Shown one piece after another: positions 1 through 13,843 of a stretch of 64,000 nt of DNA. Source of the DNA: Blasia pusilla (lineage: Eukaryota). A program made the position numbers and the translations under genes. The stretch spans positions 40,796,001 to 40,860,000 of the forward strand of contig CM114271.1 in assembly GCA_050084515.1 (NCBI GenBank), written 5' to 3'. Under the pieces are notes generated by a model. That model ran no database searches. It had not been told where the DNA came from and saw only the letters and a program-made list of their open reading frames with translations. Within the stretch, counting starts at the first letter, position 1. Each line of letters starts with the position of its first letter.

Positions 1-2400
1 TTCGACACGTATGGCGCTCCAGCTTCAGCGTCCAGGTTTTCAATAGGGCTAGATGAAGTGGGAAACTCATCTTCTCGGACTTCGACTTCCAGGTTCTCCT
101 TCATGTCGTCCTCGGTCGGAGATTCGTCCTCTCTCACATCTGATCCACCTTCAGCTTCCCAGACCTCAGTTCTGTCAAACGAAGTGGAAGATTCATCTTG
201 TGCCAGGACTGATGGTCGGACGTTTGTCTCCGACTTCTCATTTACGCCATCCAGAATATCGGAATCCTCTGCAACTAAATCTGACGCTGTAGCTTCAGCT
301 TCCGAGTTCCTCACCCTGTCAACGACTATCTCAGATTCATCTTCTGTTACATCTGATGTCACCCCAGTTACCAAGTTCTCATTACCATCAGCCAAAGAGG
401 GAGATTCATCTGCTTGTACATCTGGTACTCCAACTACTGTCTCGAAATTTTCAGCCGTGTCACCTGTGACGACAGGTTCACCTGATGCCATATCTGGTGC
501 TAACACGTCACCTTCCGAGCTCGGAGCTTCAGCTTCCAATTCCACTTTCTCATCTACCAAAGCAGGAATTTCATCTTCTCTCGCAACTGACAATCCCAAT
601 TCGGTTTCCAGCTTCTCTTCCCTGTCAACTGTGATTTCAGATACACTTCTTGTGCCATCAAATCCTACCACTTCGGCGTCCGAATTCTCTTTCAGGTCTC
701 CAATGATTTCAGGATCATCTACTCTGACATCTGAGGTTTCTAATTCTCTCCATACACTTTCCACGTACCGAGGGCCGTCCTTAACAACAGAAGACTCGTC
801 TTTCGATAGTAAAGCTTCAGCCTCCGGGTTCTCTGTCAAACTAGCTGAATTGGGAAAATCCTTTCCTCGGACATCTGCTCCACTCGCTTCCGAGCTCTCC
901 ATCCTATCAACTGAAGCACGAGAGTTATCTTCTTTCACGTCTGATGCTTCAGATTGAGCTTCCAAATCCTCCTTCATGTCAACTACGATCTCAGTTTCAT
1001 CTTTCGCTCCTGCTATTTCCTCAAAAATTTCAATCTTGTCACCTTCAAGGACAGACTCACCCAATGTCGAATCTGATGCCGACACTTCATCGTTCAAGTT
1101 TTGAATCCCGTCAACTTCACCTGGGCATTCACCGACGCTCACATCTAGTGCTCTGGTTTCAAATCCCAAGGTCTCAACCATATCAGATGTAAGAGGAGAA
1201 TCATCGTCTTGCATACTTGATGCTCTCACTTCAGCTTCCAAGTGCTCCTTCCCGTCTACTGGAGTCAGAGATTCATCCTCTTTCGCACCTGATGCTCCTA
1301 CTCCAGATTCCGGATTCTCCTCCTGGTCAACTGGCGTTCCAGATTCATCCACTCTCACCTTGGATGATACCACCTCCCCTTCCAAGTTCTCCTTCGTGTA
1401 CCAAGTGACCTCGGAATCAACCACTTTGACATCTGATACTTCTGATTCTTCCCGTTCACTTCCCACGTTTTGAGCGCTCTCAAGTGCACTAGGAGACTCA
1501 TTTTTCGGCACATCCGATGCTCCAGCCTCAGCCGCCAAGTTGTCGGTTCCACAAGTTGGAAGAGAATCATCTTCTCCAACATCTAATGCCATCTCTTCAG
1601 CTTCCAAGTTCTCTTTTCTGTCAACTGAGGTCGGGGATTCCCCATCTATCGCATGTGAAGCTCTAGCTTCAACCTCCAAGTCCTCCTCCCCGTCGACTAC
1701 GGTCTGAGATTCGTCAGGTACGACATCTGATGCGCCCTCTTCAGCTTCCAAGTCCTCGTTCCTGTCGACTGAGGTGGAAGATTCACTCACCGTGACATCT
1801 GACGGCCGGATTTCAGCTTCCAAATCCTCATCCCTGTCGACTGAATCGGGAAATTCATCTGCTTGGACATCTAAAGCTCCGCCTTCTGTTTCCAAGGTTC
1901 CATTCCTGCCATTTATGGAGACAGACTCATCTGCAGTCACATCTGATGCTCCCACTTCTCGGACTTCCGATGCACCAGAGTCATCTTCCAAGTTCTCCAC
2001 CCCCGAAACTGAAGTCCGACTTTCGTCTACCCTCACGAGCAAATCTCCGGCTTCAGTTTCCAAGTTTTTCTTGTTGTCCCCTGCGGTAGCAGACTCATCT
2101 GCTCTCATATCTGAGGCATCTGCGTCCAAGTTTTCCCTTGTGATGGCAAGCTCATCCGCTGTCAAGTCAAATGCTCCCACTTTGGCTTCCAAGTCCTCAC
2201 TCTTGTCCGCTACAATAAAAGATGCAGCTTCACCTTCTAAGTTCTCAACCCTCCTAGGTGAATTAGGAGGATCTTCTCGGACATCCCATGCTCCAGAGTC
2301 ACCTTCCAAGTTCTGCATCCCCGAAACTGAAGTCTCAGACACATCTTCCGTCGCATGCAATTCTCTGACTTCAGCTTCCAAATTTTCATTTCTGTCGTCT
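1..2400 (-). repeat. Coding minisatellite, ~72-bp (24-aa) imperfect unit
   Basis: TTCAGCTTCC-like motif (LEAE on the minus strand) recurs at ~1595, 1667, 1739, 1811 (72-bp steps) and at near multiples elsewhere (149, 292, 815, 883, 955). Confidence 0.8.
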
Positions 2401-3208
2401 GTTGTAGCAGAATCATTTACACTCATATCTGAGACTTCTGTTTGTTTGATTTCTACTCCTTTCTCAGCAATATCAACACCTTCACGTTCCACAGCTGTAT
2501 CTTTGGTGGGATACTCCGATCCCATACCTGGAACGGACTCCCTTCCTTCCATTCCTTGAGTTTCGAGACTCTCAACAACTAACTGGCCAGCCGGCTCACT
2601 TGCCACCACAGCTTTTGGTGATAGAACTGCATCTTCGCTCTCGTCTTTCAAATCTGTACCTTCATCACCGTCGGCTTCAAATCCAAGACTACTATCGTCA
2701 GCTACTCCTGAAAAAGAGCTTCGACTAAGTTTATCTTCGGATGAAGGGCTTCCATGACTAGCAACCCCGTCAACATCCTTCCCGTCAACGTCCTGGTTTG
2801 ACATCGATGCATTCTGATACATTGGAAAAGAGGACTTCAGCATGGACTCCAAACGCTCTTACATATCATAATGCTTGGGTGAGGGCAGAACGTTTGACCC
2901 ACACACAACAGTTGAAATCAAACAAATTAATTTCTGAACCACCATCGCTCAGGAAAAATGGCTCTATGATGACACACAGCTGCCTGATTAGAGACTAACA
3001 TGGCGACAAAAGCCTTCCTTCCTACTAACTATGAATAGAATATCTAAACTGTCTCCTCAAAATGAAAATGTGAAGGAGAGGAAAGGGACTTTTCACGGCC
3101 AAGGACCAGTTAAGCGCATGTGCTCAACTCATATACCTCTGAGGCTGCGGTTATGCCAAAACCCAGTGTCACCTTTGATCCATCTCCTTCTGACGCCTCG
3201 TTTTCCAT
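1..3208 (-). CDS. 5' part of a host gene encoding a large Asp/Glu/Ser-rich protein with ~24-aa imperfect repeats; exons 3208-3137 and 2813-<1; continues beyond the window
   Basis: ATG at 3208 follows an in-frame TGA. The 72-nt exon (MENEASEGDGSKVTLGFGITAASE) ends at a GT donor (3136) and joins in phase 0 to an AG acceptor at 2814 (NASMSNQDVDGK...). The same frame was read at both ends and at internal checkpoints down to position 3. Repeat example: IRPSDVTVSESSTSVDRNEDLEAE. Confidence 0.85.
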
Positions 3209-4786
3209 CCTTCAATTAATTGTATTTCGGGGATGCCACTCCAATAACTGAATACACCAATCCGAAACTTACATTCAGTATACCTGGCAACATTTTGGCG
3301 TCAAGTAGTAGCCAGCATACAAGTTTGACAGCTAGAAGATCCATGGCTATGAGCAAATGTAGGTAAATTTTGGACGTCGTGACCATTTGTGCTCTTAACA
3401 GTAGCACTATATCCGATTTGAAATCAGATGACACAAACTCCGAAAGACAATTCGAAAAACCCCGAAAGAGAAGGAATCTGGCAAATGAAAAAAAATGGTT
3501 GTGAAGAGAAACTATAGGTTTTTGCTTCAGAAAACCACACGGAAAAATACACAAGCTACTCGGAAGGCAGTCGCACGGCACGCAAAATTTGGAAAGAAAA
3601 TCTGTGACATGGAAGGCATGTAATGAATAAACTGGAACGTTCTTAGGAAAATCACATTAGTCCAATGACTCGGAAAAGAGTGTAGTGCTAAGAGAGAGAG
3701 ACGTGCGTGACCTTTATTTGAGAGTAGAGCTTACTAATAACTTACTCACACGCACACCATAAAAAAAAACTGAACTCAATCAAGGATAACTGGTGAATTT
3801 TCTTTGATCAAAGCTACCGCCTCGGACAAGCTTGCATTACCCCTAGCCTGTAGCACAAAGAATCTGTTAAACAGACTTGAGCAGGAATGTGACAAGAGAA
3901 CGTCGACAGAGAGTCGCTTTAAGTGGTTCTGACTGAAACTCAAGCAGCTTCTAATTGTACGGTTCTGTTTCTTTTACTTTTCTGATCGAGGAAGTAGATT
4001 TTCAATTTTGAAGCCCAGCAAAACGAATATCTCTGTAGAGCTAACTAATTCTAACTGGATAGTGTAGCTGTAACAAGTAAAACCTGTAAAGAAGGAGATT
4101 ATGAAGAGAAATATACTCCCGTTGGATAACATTTGCAGTTCGACTTGCTGGGTCTCATTTTAGGATGAAACCAGTAAAACGATGAGTATTAAAGTAGCAA
4201 AATCACAACCCGGTGCGATTGACTTATTCTATTCAAGAGTACTCCCGTGCATGACAAACGCAGGCTAGTCAAATGCTTTGACGAGAGTATTGATAAACAT
4301 CAGAATCCGTTTCAAAGCGTAGCTTCAGTTCACTAATACCGTGAACGGACTTAGCTGCTTGCAAATCTGTCCTTGGTATGTTGTGATCACTTGTTTTTGG
4401 GACGACGTCAAGTGACGTAAATAAATGAATCCAATTTAACCTCATAGAGTCGGCGAATCCTTTCCTTCACTCATTCACACAATTCTTGGATGACTTGACC
4501 CATGTTGACAGAAAGAAGAAAGGGGACCAAGAACAGGTAAAAAATTGATCGAGAGCAGGAACCGTAAAATCTGATTATCAAGCCAAACATCTATTTCCGA
4601 TGACGAACAGTGTCAGGAACGTTAATGCATGCAAAAGGCTATGGAAAAGTAGTCGGCACAAATGATGTGGAAAACTAACACAGGAAGAACACAACTCCAA
4701 AGGCACGAAAGCCTCCGAAATCTGGTTAGAAAAACATCTCGATCAACTCATTACATATGTGTAGAAGGACAGACACCTAAGAGAAT

Positions 4787-4942
4787 TTAATCCATCACAG
4801 AGAGCGCCAGTCCGCTGTAGCAATCACCAACCAGTTTCGTAGAGGACTTCAAATTGAAATCCCCATCACCGTCCTCGACAAGAATACCAACTTCTTTGCA
4901 CTCATTCACCTGCGTCAAGGTGAGAATTTCGGCAAGGTTCAT
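4787..4942 (-). pseudogene. Short ORF (51 aa) resembling the C-terminal part of 4-hydroxyphenylpyruvate dioxygenase; relic fragment or uORF
   Basis: MNLAEILTLTQVNECKEVGILVEDGDGDFNLKSSTKLVGD aligns without gaps to the plant HPPD segment ...DVLSDDQIKECEELGILVDRDDQGTLLQIFTKPxGD as recalled from memory. A Pro-rich relic just upstream resembles HPPD PSPPPT. Confidence 0.45.
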
Positions 4943-6559
4943 CTAAACGTGGAGGTTGGGGGGAGGGGGGGGTACAGCTTCACTGCCATCAACTTTTCAT
5001 TCGCGCTTCGTTGACGTTCAGGACAACGCCGCCACAAATGAGAGTTAATTTTGGTGGTCCAGCTCCTTTCGGTTGGCTGGAGGTACTAGCGGGTTTCAAG
5101 CATAGGTTCATTGAGCGAAATGAAAACAATTTAGTCGCTGCTTGCCAGAAGCACACCCTTCAGTGAACTTACACCGTGGGTAGTCAATCTGGCAAACATA
5201 TGCATCCGTAAGAATGTAGAAGCGACGTAACGCTGGGGCCATTTTCGGACGCAGCAGACTCCAGCTTGTCACTGCAGTTAGTTACACGAGGACTGAATCG
5301 ACCAGCTCGGAATTCTGGTGTTTATCAATGCTCTCCTCAAAGCATAAACACATGCCTCATTAAACATATTTCCGGCGATCATCCGAGGAAATCATCTTCA
5401 CTCAGCGTCACATCTATCGCTTTTGATGGAGACGGCGATGTTTCCACAGAGCGGCGTTGGCTGTTAAACAGAAACTGGACCACCCTTGAAGATCACGGAA
5501 TGAGAATTTCTAAATCTCCCCATAGTATTGCGACGCCCGCAACCCGTAAAAATGATGCGGGATTACTTCCTTAACATCCTTGGATGCGAATCCATGATCT
5601 GATCACACTGCATTCGACTAGTCTACTGCTCGGAGTGGTCAGGGTACAAACTGTGAGTGCAAAACGTCTAAATCGGCAGAACTTCGTCAGAATTGGTCAT
5701 TGGTCTCCCTACGTCCCTCCCTCCCATAAGAAGCAACAGTCTTGGGCTGGATTCCACACAAAAAGTCCATTTGGTGTAATTCCTCAACCACAAACAAAAC
5801 TCTCTCAGGCAGTTTCCTCTCGATTGTTTTGCATTCGCTCAAACAAAACTTCGTGGCTTCGTTTCGACAGGCGCAGGCGAAGGCTAGCCTCGCCTCGGCT
5901 GCGGTGCCAGTAGTTCTTCTACCCCACCGGTCAGGAGAATACGGAACCAGATTGACAGACTACCAACTGTTCTAGTATCGCTAGAACACCCTGGACTTGC
6001 GACCGTCCCCAATAAGCTCTATTTTTCCAGAGAGAATACTAGATATATCATTAATGCTCTCAATAGTATCGTGGCCACACGCCGGTGAAAAGATGACGCA
6101 ACGCCTGATATGGCAACTATAACGACGGGTTTTGAAATTCCGTGGATCTTGACACGCGTGAGTAGCTGAGATGGAAGCTCCATGACGATTCTCAAAGACA
6201 TTCCAGCTGAGCATACGACGGAGACAGACAAATTCATACATTTGGACGTCTTCGAATCGTGTCTACACGCTTGTCGAAGCAAGAGAATATGACAAGACCA
6301 ATGAAACATCTAAAAATTTGGGAGAAGGTGCTCACTTGTGGGAACACGACTCTAATCCAGACGGAAATCAAGTATCCTGTTTCGCCGACTGCCCCCGATT
6401 CCCAGCATTTCCCCGGACTCCGCCCCCAGCCAGGCAGCGAGACGCGAGCTACTGACCGACAGAATCAGCGCAAGAAAAAAAAAGAAATCAGTTCGCATCA
6501 ACGCCAGTCTCACACATCTACTATATGAAATATCAATCACCTACGGAATCGAGCCTACC

Positions 6560-6850
6560 TTCGATCATTCCAGGCGGATGGACTCCCACGCCGTCGTCCG
6601 AATTCTCCTCCCCTGCATAACGTCAGATACGGGCTCCAATTCCACCTTCATTCACTTCCCACCTTATCTCGTCCTCATCCTCCGATCCGGCGAAATTGCA
6701 GCCCCGATCCGCTCCGCCCCTCCGCTCATCTATCGTCCCATCGCATCCCACTCGCTGCACCCGCTCATCTATTCTCTCCGCTCCCTCGCCTACGCGCTCC
6801 GCCCCGCCTCGCCACGCCAGCTCCGACCCGGGCAGCGCATTCAGACAAGT
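6560..6850 (-). promoter_or_regulatory. Probable non-coding first exon / TSS region of the acidic-repeat gene
   Basis: GC-rich island, GA-rich on the minus strand, ending at a donor-like AAG|GTAGG near 6560. AT-rich sequence lies further upstream. Confidence 0.4.
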
Positions 6851-8246
6851 TCGCGCGGGAGCCACATTACCACACCTAATCCGCATTAGACTCTTTGTGG
6901 ATTTTCACTCCCTCGGAACGCCGCGGGACATCAGCATACGGCACTGTTCTGCTAGCGCCGGTAACTTTCTTAAAGCATTCTGAGATTCCCGATCGAAATA
7001 CGGGAAAACGGTGTAAATGATAATAACTTCTGACCGAAGAGGGGATTTTCAAAAATCTGGAAATGGCGATAGAATTTCGAGGGTCTGGCGAGTCTAAAAT
7101 AACTTGCGGGATGCGAGTGCCCGCGTAGTGAGTGAATGCATCTGAACTGCCTCTGGGGCGGGGGAATTCCGGGAATAGATTTTCGAGGTAATTGAAGTCT
7201 AAGTGCGTTAACGCACTCGCTTTCGAATCCGAAAGGGATTGTGCTATAGAGCATGTGGACACGCTTTACTCCAACAGTATGCGCATTCATATATATGCTC
7301 TCACGTACTACTTCCCTCGTATCACGGATACGATGGATGAAATTCATTGGAAGTTTTCTTATCCTCATTTATCTTGATCCGCTATTTTCTATCAATTCCC
7401 TTGTTCTCTTTAGCACCTCAATTATTTGAACGCTTGAAAATAAATTCACATACACACTAAGGTGTAAAATAGTTCTGGTGCTTCTTTTTTATAGATTTTT
7501 TTTCTTTTAACCCTCCTACTCATAATAACTTCCATGTGTTTTGCTAATAATATAGATGGCCTCGACAACCTCGAAAATTTCATGGAATTTCTTATTTCTA
7601 TGAGTTTGAGTACATTTTTGGGTTCATTTTGGTTTTTTTAAATCACGTTCTCACTATGAAAGAAATGCCATAATTTAATCATATATGTTAATGAAAAAAA
7701 AGTATATTGTCATTTCTTTCTGTCGCACCATAAATGCATCTATATTATTACAAGAGAAGAAAATTACTTGTAAACATCTCTTTTTTTACATGTTGCAATT
7801 AGGCAACAAGAAAATATTTTGTGTTACAAGAAATAATAATTAATTTTAAAATTTTTACATCCCCCAGATGTAGACTCGATCTAAATTCCCTCCTCCATGT
7901 GTGTCGTATATGCTTCTCTCTTTTTTAGCTCGCTCGCCATGTACAGGTGTTCAAATCTATTACGTGGAGCTCTCAAAACCGTTTGATGCCAACTATCTAC
8001 CCTAATTCCGGCATCTCGCGTTAGGTTGCTCAATTCAATGACGTTGCAGCAGCGTACCATTGATGTTGGGGCCTTACTTATCCTTCACTGCGCAACATTG
8101 TTTGAGAGAAGCCGCGTGTTAGCTTCATAGATGCAGTTGCATTTTTGTTTCCTCACTTGTATTTGCTTTGAAGCACGCTCTATGGCAGCTTCTCTACCTC
8201 TTGGTGTATTGTAGTTCGCATGGCTACGACGGGCTAGATTGTGCTA

Positions 8247-8416
8247 TCTATATTATTATTGGAGAGTGCCTTCTTGATTTGCAAACGCCTCTTTGTTTGA
8301 CATCTGGCAACTGGGCATCAAGAAAATGTTTCCCCCTCTACAAGCAACAAGATAGAATTTTGTCCGCAACATGATTAGTCCCTTCACTCCCGTGCATGGC
8401 ACAGGGTGCCCACTAG
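8247..8416 (+). mobile_element. Non-autonomous mini-Helitron (~170 bp)
   Basis: A|TCTATATT 5' end, 3' hairpin CCCGTGCATGGCACAGGG (8389-8406), CTAG|T end. Homologous to 63286-63526. Confidence 0.8.
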
Positions 8417-9443
8417 TGTTGGTGTATTGTCAAAGTGCTCTATCCTCAAAGACTCTGTCGATCACACTTGTCTTTCGCTCGAACAATCATGTACGCGCAC
8501 ATTGTACTAACTCAATTGTGCCCTGTTTACCCCATGCTTCCATTTCCATCTCTCATTCATCCGTTGAGGCTCGGTTCATTTATTAACCATGATTGGTCCC
8601 ACGCACAATGGGGGTTACACAATAGTACAACTAACCATTGCAGATTTCTATGCATAACACAAGCTACACACTAGTAGAACTAACCATTGCAGTTTTCTAG
8701 GAAAGAAATGTGGAAAATTCTGCATCCTTGGATACAAATCTTCACCTTCTTATTTTGGAGATTCTTAGTATCTCAAGTTTCTTTTGAAACCATCCACACA
8801 TGAAAATACTTCTTACATAACCTTTGAATATTTCTAAGAGATTTGAATCTTCTACAAATTTCATGATCCAACCTATTAATTTTAAATCATGAGAATTTAT
8901 GTGGAAGCAAAGGAAGGTAGATAACATTCACAAACTTCCAAGTATTTGTTTGGTGAGACTCTTACAGGAAAATTATTGTGTGCAATTTATCTCGCGAATA
9001 AATGACAATCAAGAAAGAACCATTGCCCCCAGAAAATAATTACAAGCAAATTGGATCTTCAAAAGGGGGGGGGGGGGTAGATTTGTTAGAAACTTGCAAG
9101 TAAAGAAGCAAGAACTACAACCCCAGCAGCTTGAAGGCATAGAGGTACAATGCACTTGAGCAAGGACCGGTAGGTTCAACATCCTTGGCCTCTATATTTA
9201 TGCCTAAAGGGCCCAAAGCGAGGACCTTGATAGGGTTCCCACTTACTATTGGGAAATTTGTAATGTTATTTGAGGAGCGTTTCTCAAACGGCAACAGCTT
9301 GAGAGTTCACCACATGTCTTTTTTAACTTAGGAATGCATAACGCGTGGCATATATGTCTATCATATAAAAAAATTTAATAAATGACTTTTAGGAAATTGG
9401 GCACGTACGTAATATACATGTATAATTACATTAAATTACACAC

Positions 9444-9460
9444 ACCGTGCATCGCACGGT
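9444..9460 (+). mobile_element. Helitron-type 3' hairpin without an adjacent CTRR
   Basis: ACCGTGCATCGCACGGT, the same core as the other Helitron ends in this window. A possible 5' end A|TCTATATTATTA lies at 7739. Confidence 0.45.
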
Positions 9461-11612
9461 CCCTCGAGGGTCCTAACCATTATTTGAAATAGAGGGATCG
9501 AGGTTGTATTATTCCTTGTGCTAGATATTCATGACACACCCTACTGGATTTTTAATGGGCCCATGAGAAAATTCAATGTCATTACTTCAAACATTTTCCA
9601 ATGAGCCAAAGGACGCATTATTGTTTTTCCATGTTCATATCTGAAAAAATTTCTCAAAGAATATAATTTCATATTTTCCGAAAAAAACGTTTTAATGCGG
9701 TAGGACATGTTCTGATTTTGTTTCTTTCACCATATTTAGTTGTAATAGGAACTAAACGGAAAAATATAAACTTTTAGGATAATGAAAATATATATACCAC
9801 CCTAAAATATTTTCTTACCGTTTGGGAGAAAAAGTATTGCACCTGAATTATCTTACATAAATTAAAAATTTTGCTTATTTTTAGATTGAAGCATTAATTT
9901 TCCATAAGATTCATCAAAAAATCATAAAATTTTCAAATTTATTTGATGAAAAAGGATAATTAAATACATTTATTGATGAAATTTGTTTACTGGACCAAAC
10001 AAGTGTGCATGTAAGAAACATATCTAAATTCATAAGATGACTACACGGCAGATTCCATCCAAGCATATTCTTAAAGATGACCATAAAATAGAAATTAGAC
10101 CTATTTTTCATGAGACCATGAAGCCTCCTGGAACGCTATACAGCTACTTTCAGAGTGAAAAGCCACAAATTCATTTAACGCTACACTCCTACTTCTGGGG
10201 ATTCTACAAATTGAGTTTCTTATACATCACTTATGATGTGCTTTAGCCAAAAAAATATAGTTATTCATAGACGAGGCCCTCTTCCAACAAAATGTGAAAT
10301 TTTTTCCTTGGAACCGAATTTATATCAAACGTTACCGTCAAAAAGGTGTTTCTCGATCTTTGAAATCGATTGAATCCAAAGCTTCAAATGACTTGGAACT
10401 TTGTAATGGTAGGGTAAGTGTTAAAGAATTGGGAAACACCGAGATTTGGAAAATATCACACGAACTAATGTCAAAAAATTATCATTTTAATATTCCACCC
10501 ATAGGACCAGAAAAAGTTTTGGGGGTTACCTCGAAAATAGCTAAATTTATTATAGAACAAAAATTTGTATAATTTTGCGTGGATACCTTTAAAAATTATC
10601 TTCTCCAAAATTTAATTACTAGGATAGTCAATATTTTTCAATTTTGAAGCGCATAACTACATGCGAGATGGTTCTAATATATCCACACTAGCTAGATGCC
10701 CATAGAATATAAAATAAACATTTAAATCAATCTATGTTATAATGTGAGGAGGCTCTTGGGCGGGCGTTTTTGGTAGTTTGTCCTCCTAAGAAGTGATTCC
10801 CTTCTTGAAAGGGAAATCCACTTTGAAAATAATAGTTTTTTTTATGGTGAAAACTTGCTAACCTTAGAGTGGACTAAATATGTGTATGAGTGCTTGTTTT
10901 TGTAAGGTTGAACCTCTTCTATCATCCACACACATTTACGTTAACATTAGAGTTTTCCTATCAAAATTGTACCGATCACTCTCTCATAAAATTGAATTGT
11001 AGTTTTAGTTAATACCCATTTTTTGAGACATCAAAGCCTCCAAGGAGATTTGAGTGGAGCAACTATCAAAAAATTGGTGGGTCAAGTGGTGGAGTTATTG
11101 CCAAAAGTTGAGGAATAAATGAGGTGAGGGGTTTGTATCTTATGATTTCTCACATCAATTTTGTTTACATAGGTTGATTATGTTGTCATGCACTCTATGT
11201 CCTTATCGATTCGTTGCCTAGCATAGAGAATGAGTGAATGAGCTTTTTATTTCCATCCATTTGACCTAGTACATCGCCTAAGCAAAAAATTACAAGTATA
11301 AATAAGTCGAAATGCAGAGAAATTTAAAACTATGTTATCTTGTTGTACAATTAAGTTGCCTATTTTGCCACATCATTAAAAAACTATATTTTAAATATCC
11401 AAATCCAATGAAACCATACTCATATTGTCAAATGAGGTAGCACCCATGGCTTTTAAAATTCAGGAATGGACAGTAGGCATACCATGCCACAAATATGTAA
11501 GGGAGGAACTTCAAACACATTTAAAGCCATACTAGGACAAGAAAACTAACGAGTAGAGTTTTTTTTGGGATGATTTATTCAATGGTCATGATGACTTCTA
11601 AATAGTGATATA

Positions 11613-11829
11613 TTCATTTCTCCAAGCATGATCAAAATTTATTGGTTATTTTCATCAGATTGTTAGGTAAGCAAATAGTCCTTAAATTTTTAAGAAAAAT
11701 ATTATAATGACTTTTATTCATTTCATTTCTCCGAACATGATGAAAATCTATTGGTTATTTTCATCTGATTGTTAGGTAAACAAATAGTCCTTAAAATTGT
11801 AGGAAAACTATTCTAATGACTTTTATTCA
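11613..11829. repeat. Tandem duplication, 2 x ~109 bp
   Basis: TTCATTTCTCC...ATTGGTTATTTTCATC.GATTGTTAGGTAA.CAAATAGTCCTTAAA starts at 11613 and again at 11722. Confidence 0.9.
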
Positions 11830-13817
11830 CCACTTTCTATTGTATGGAGTTTTGAGAACAGGTAAAACTCGCTTGACTAAATCACATGAATAATACCAAA
11901 CAACGTTTGTAAAGTTCTTTCAAAACCGTCTACAGCTGGAGTTTCCAAGTTTGAAAAGAGGAGGGTAAAGCGGAACGGAACAACAGTGTTGAAACACACG
12001 ACTTTAGCGATGTTAAGTGCAGTGTAATCGTGTTAATAAAAATCACGCGGGAAAAAATGAAAGAGGAGTGCCGGTGGTACACCTGGAATCCGCATTCTAC
12101 GGAATCGCCCTCTGCAACTTTCGGCGCTCAGAATATATACTGCGTTGATCCAAAGGACCCACGGAGCATCTCCGGGTGTAAAGCCTTGGGAGACCCACGG
12201 TTTCTTGGTGCGGGGTGAACATGATGCCACGAAGCTTGGAAGCAGGCCTACGTGGATCTGGCTCGGAGCACCCTGTTACTGACTTTCCCGACTACCCGAC
12301 AGCTACTCCCAGCTACTTAAATAGCTCCTCCAGCGCTTGCCTCACTGTGGTGTCCATCGCATTTCCTTTAAGCCCTTTAGGGCTCCGTCCCCTCCTTCAA
12401 CGAATACCGGGCGGCCATCTCCGTGTGGGCTGCCATGACGGAAGGCCGGAAGTCAAACTGGTCGGTCGCCCCGACTAACTAAGTAGGTCGCGCCGCCCTC
12501 AAAGTTCAAACCCGTGTAGGACGCCACGTAAGGGGTTCAGCCGCCTTGTCGTTTTCGGGCTTTGTCATTTTCTTTCCATAGTCTCTTCCCTCACGACATA
12601 TCGTTTTCAGTAGGTTGCCCGTGCATGTTTTCCGTTAATTTAATTACTTTAATATAACATCTCTTTAATGTTAAGGATAGATGTAAACACAAATAGAGTT
12701 TTGAAAGGACACGTGTTAATTTTTCTAGAGGTTTTTCTAATCTCTTTTTCTTTTTCTTTTTTGGATTAGCAAGAATACTCGCATGATGCACACGCGTCAA
12801 ATTTTGGGGCGAAAAGAGAGGAGACAGGATAAATCAAATCTTTGAACGAGTGAATGCATTGTTTTGTTTTGAGAGGGAGAGGTTTCTCACTTGAGGAGGT
12901 TATTGTGTGCTCTAGGTACGGAGGAGGCTCCATTTCATATGCACAAAGGTTTTCAACCTCAATGGACAAGAAAGCTATAACCAAGAATTAGAGATCATTG
13001 GTTTTCAAACTGAATGAAGGAGAAAGTTGTAATCACATATTGGAGAGTGTTCGTCTTCAAACTAAATGAACAACAAACCTGTAATCAGAGGGAGACGAGC
13101 TGCAAGTTTCTGAAACGAGACTCTTAATTTTCCTCCGCATCGGCCATTTCCAATAGAGTGAACACAAAGCTGCAATCAAAGAAAGGAGGGTTCTACGTTC
13201 TCTAAAGAGAACCCGCATAGTTTTTCTACGCATGCATTAGGAAATTGTGCATGGGCGAAAGTCAATATCCACACATATAGGATTAGATAAAGAAGACCTC
13301 CGGATCCGTCCGACCATGTTTGGATCCGATGGAAAGAATGGAAGCACGAGGCTACATGGGAGTGATGCAAAAGCAAAAATAAGCTCCTTGTGCGAAAACT
13401 CCAGCGCATGCGGTAGCTGTCTCGAGCGACATGGTCGATCGAGTCACCTTGGAAGTATCCATCTTTGAAGGGGTTGGTTGCACTCCCCACGAGCATGGCT
13501 AGGATGTTTATGATCATCCTCTCCATTCCCAGTTCTCTACTCGGGGATGCCAACTCTAGAGTATCGAGCCGAATTCCCCGTTGGCAAATGGCCAAGCACA
13601 TTTTTCTAGATATTGAGACATGGAATTTCCCCCCCACGTGTATGGCAGATTTTGGGGTTAGGTTGAAAGACGTGGTGGTGGAAAGGTAGCTACATCCATC
13701 TTCTAATGCAAAATCCTTCGACATATACCTTTGTGCTCAACACGAGGTAGAACGCATTGCATTCTGTGGGAGCTCATCAACATCCCTTCCACATGATCTT
13801 CCATGAGGTAGCGGCCT

Positions 13818-13843
13818 AGAGAGAGAGAGAGAGAGAGAGAGAG
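13818..13843. repeat. (AG)n microsatellite
   Basis: Direct reading. Confidence 0.95.

Noticed and set aside
58-2559. Long Ser-rich plus-strand ORFs (58-957, 1774-2559)
   Set aside because: Antisense shadows of the Glu/Asp-rich minus-strand exon.
13176-13724. 182-aa minus-strand ORF
   Set aside because: No recognisable motif or splice support; left unassigned.
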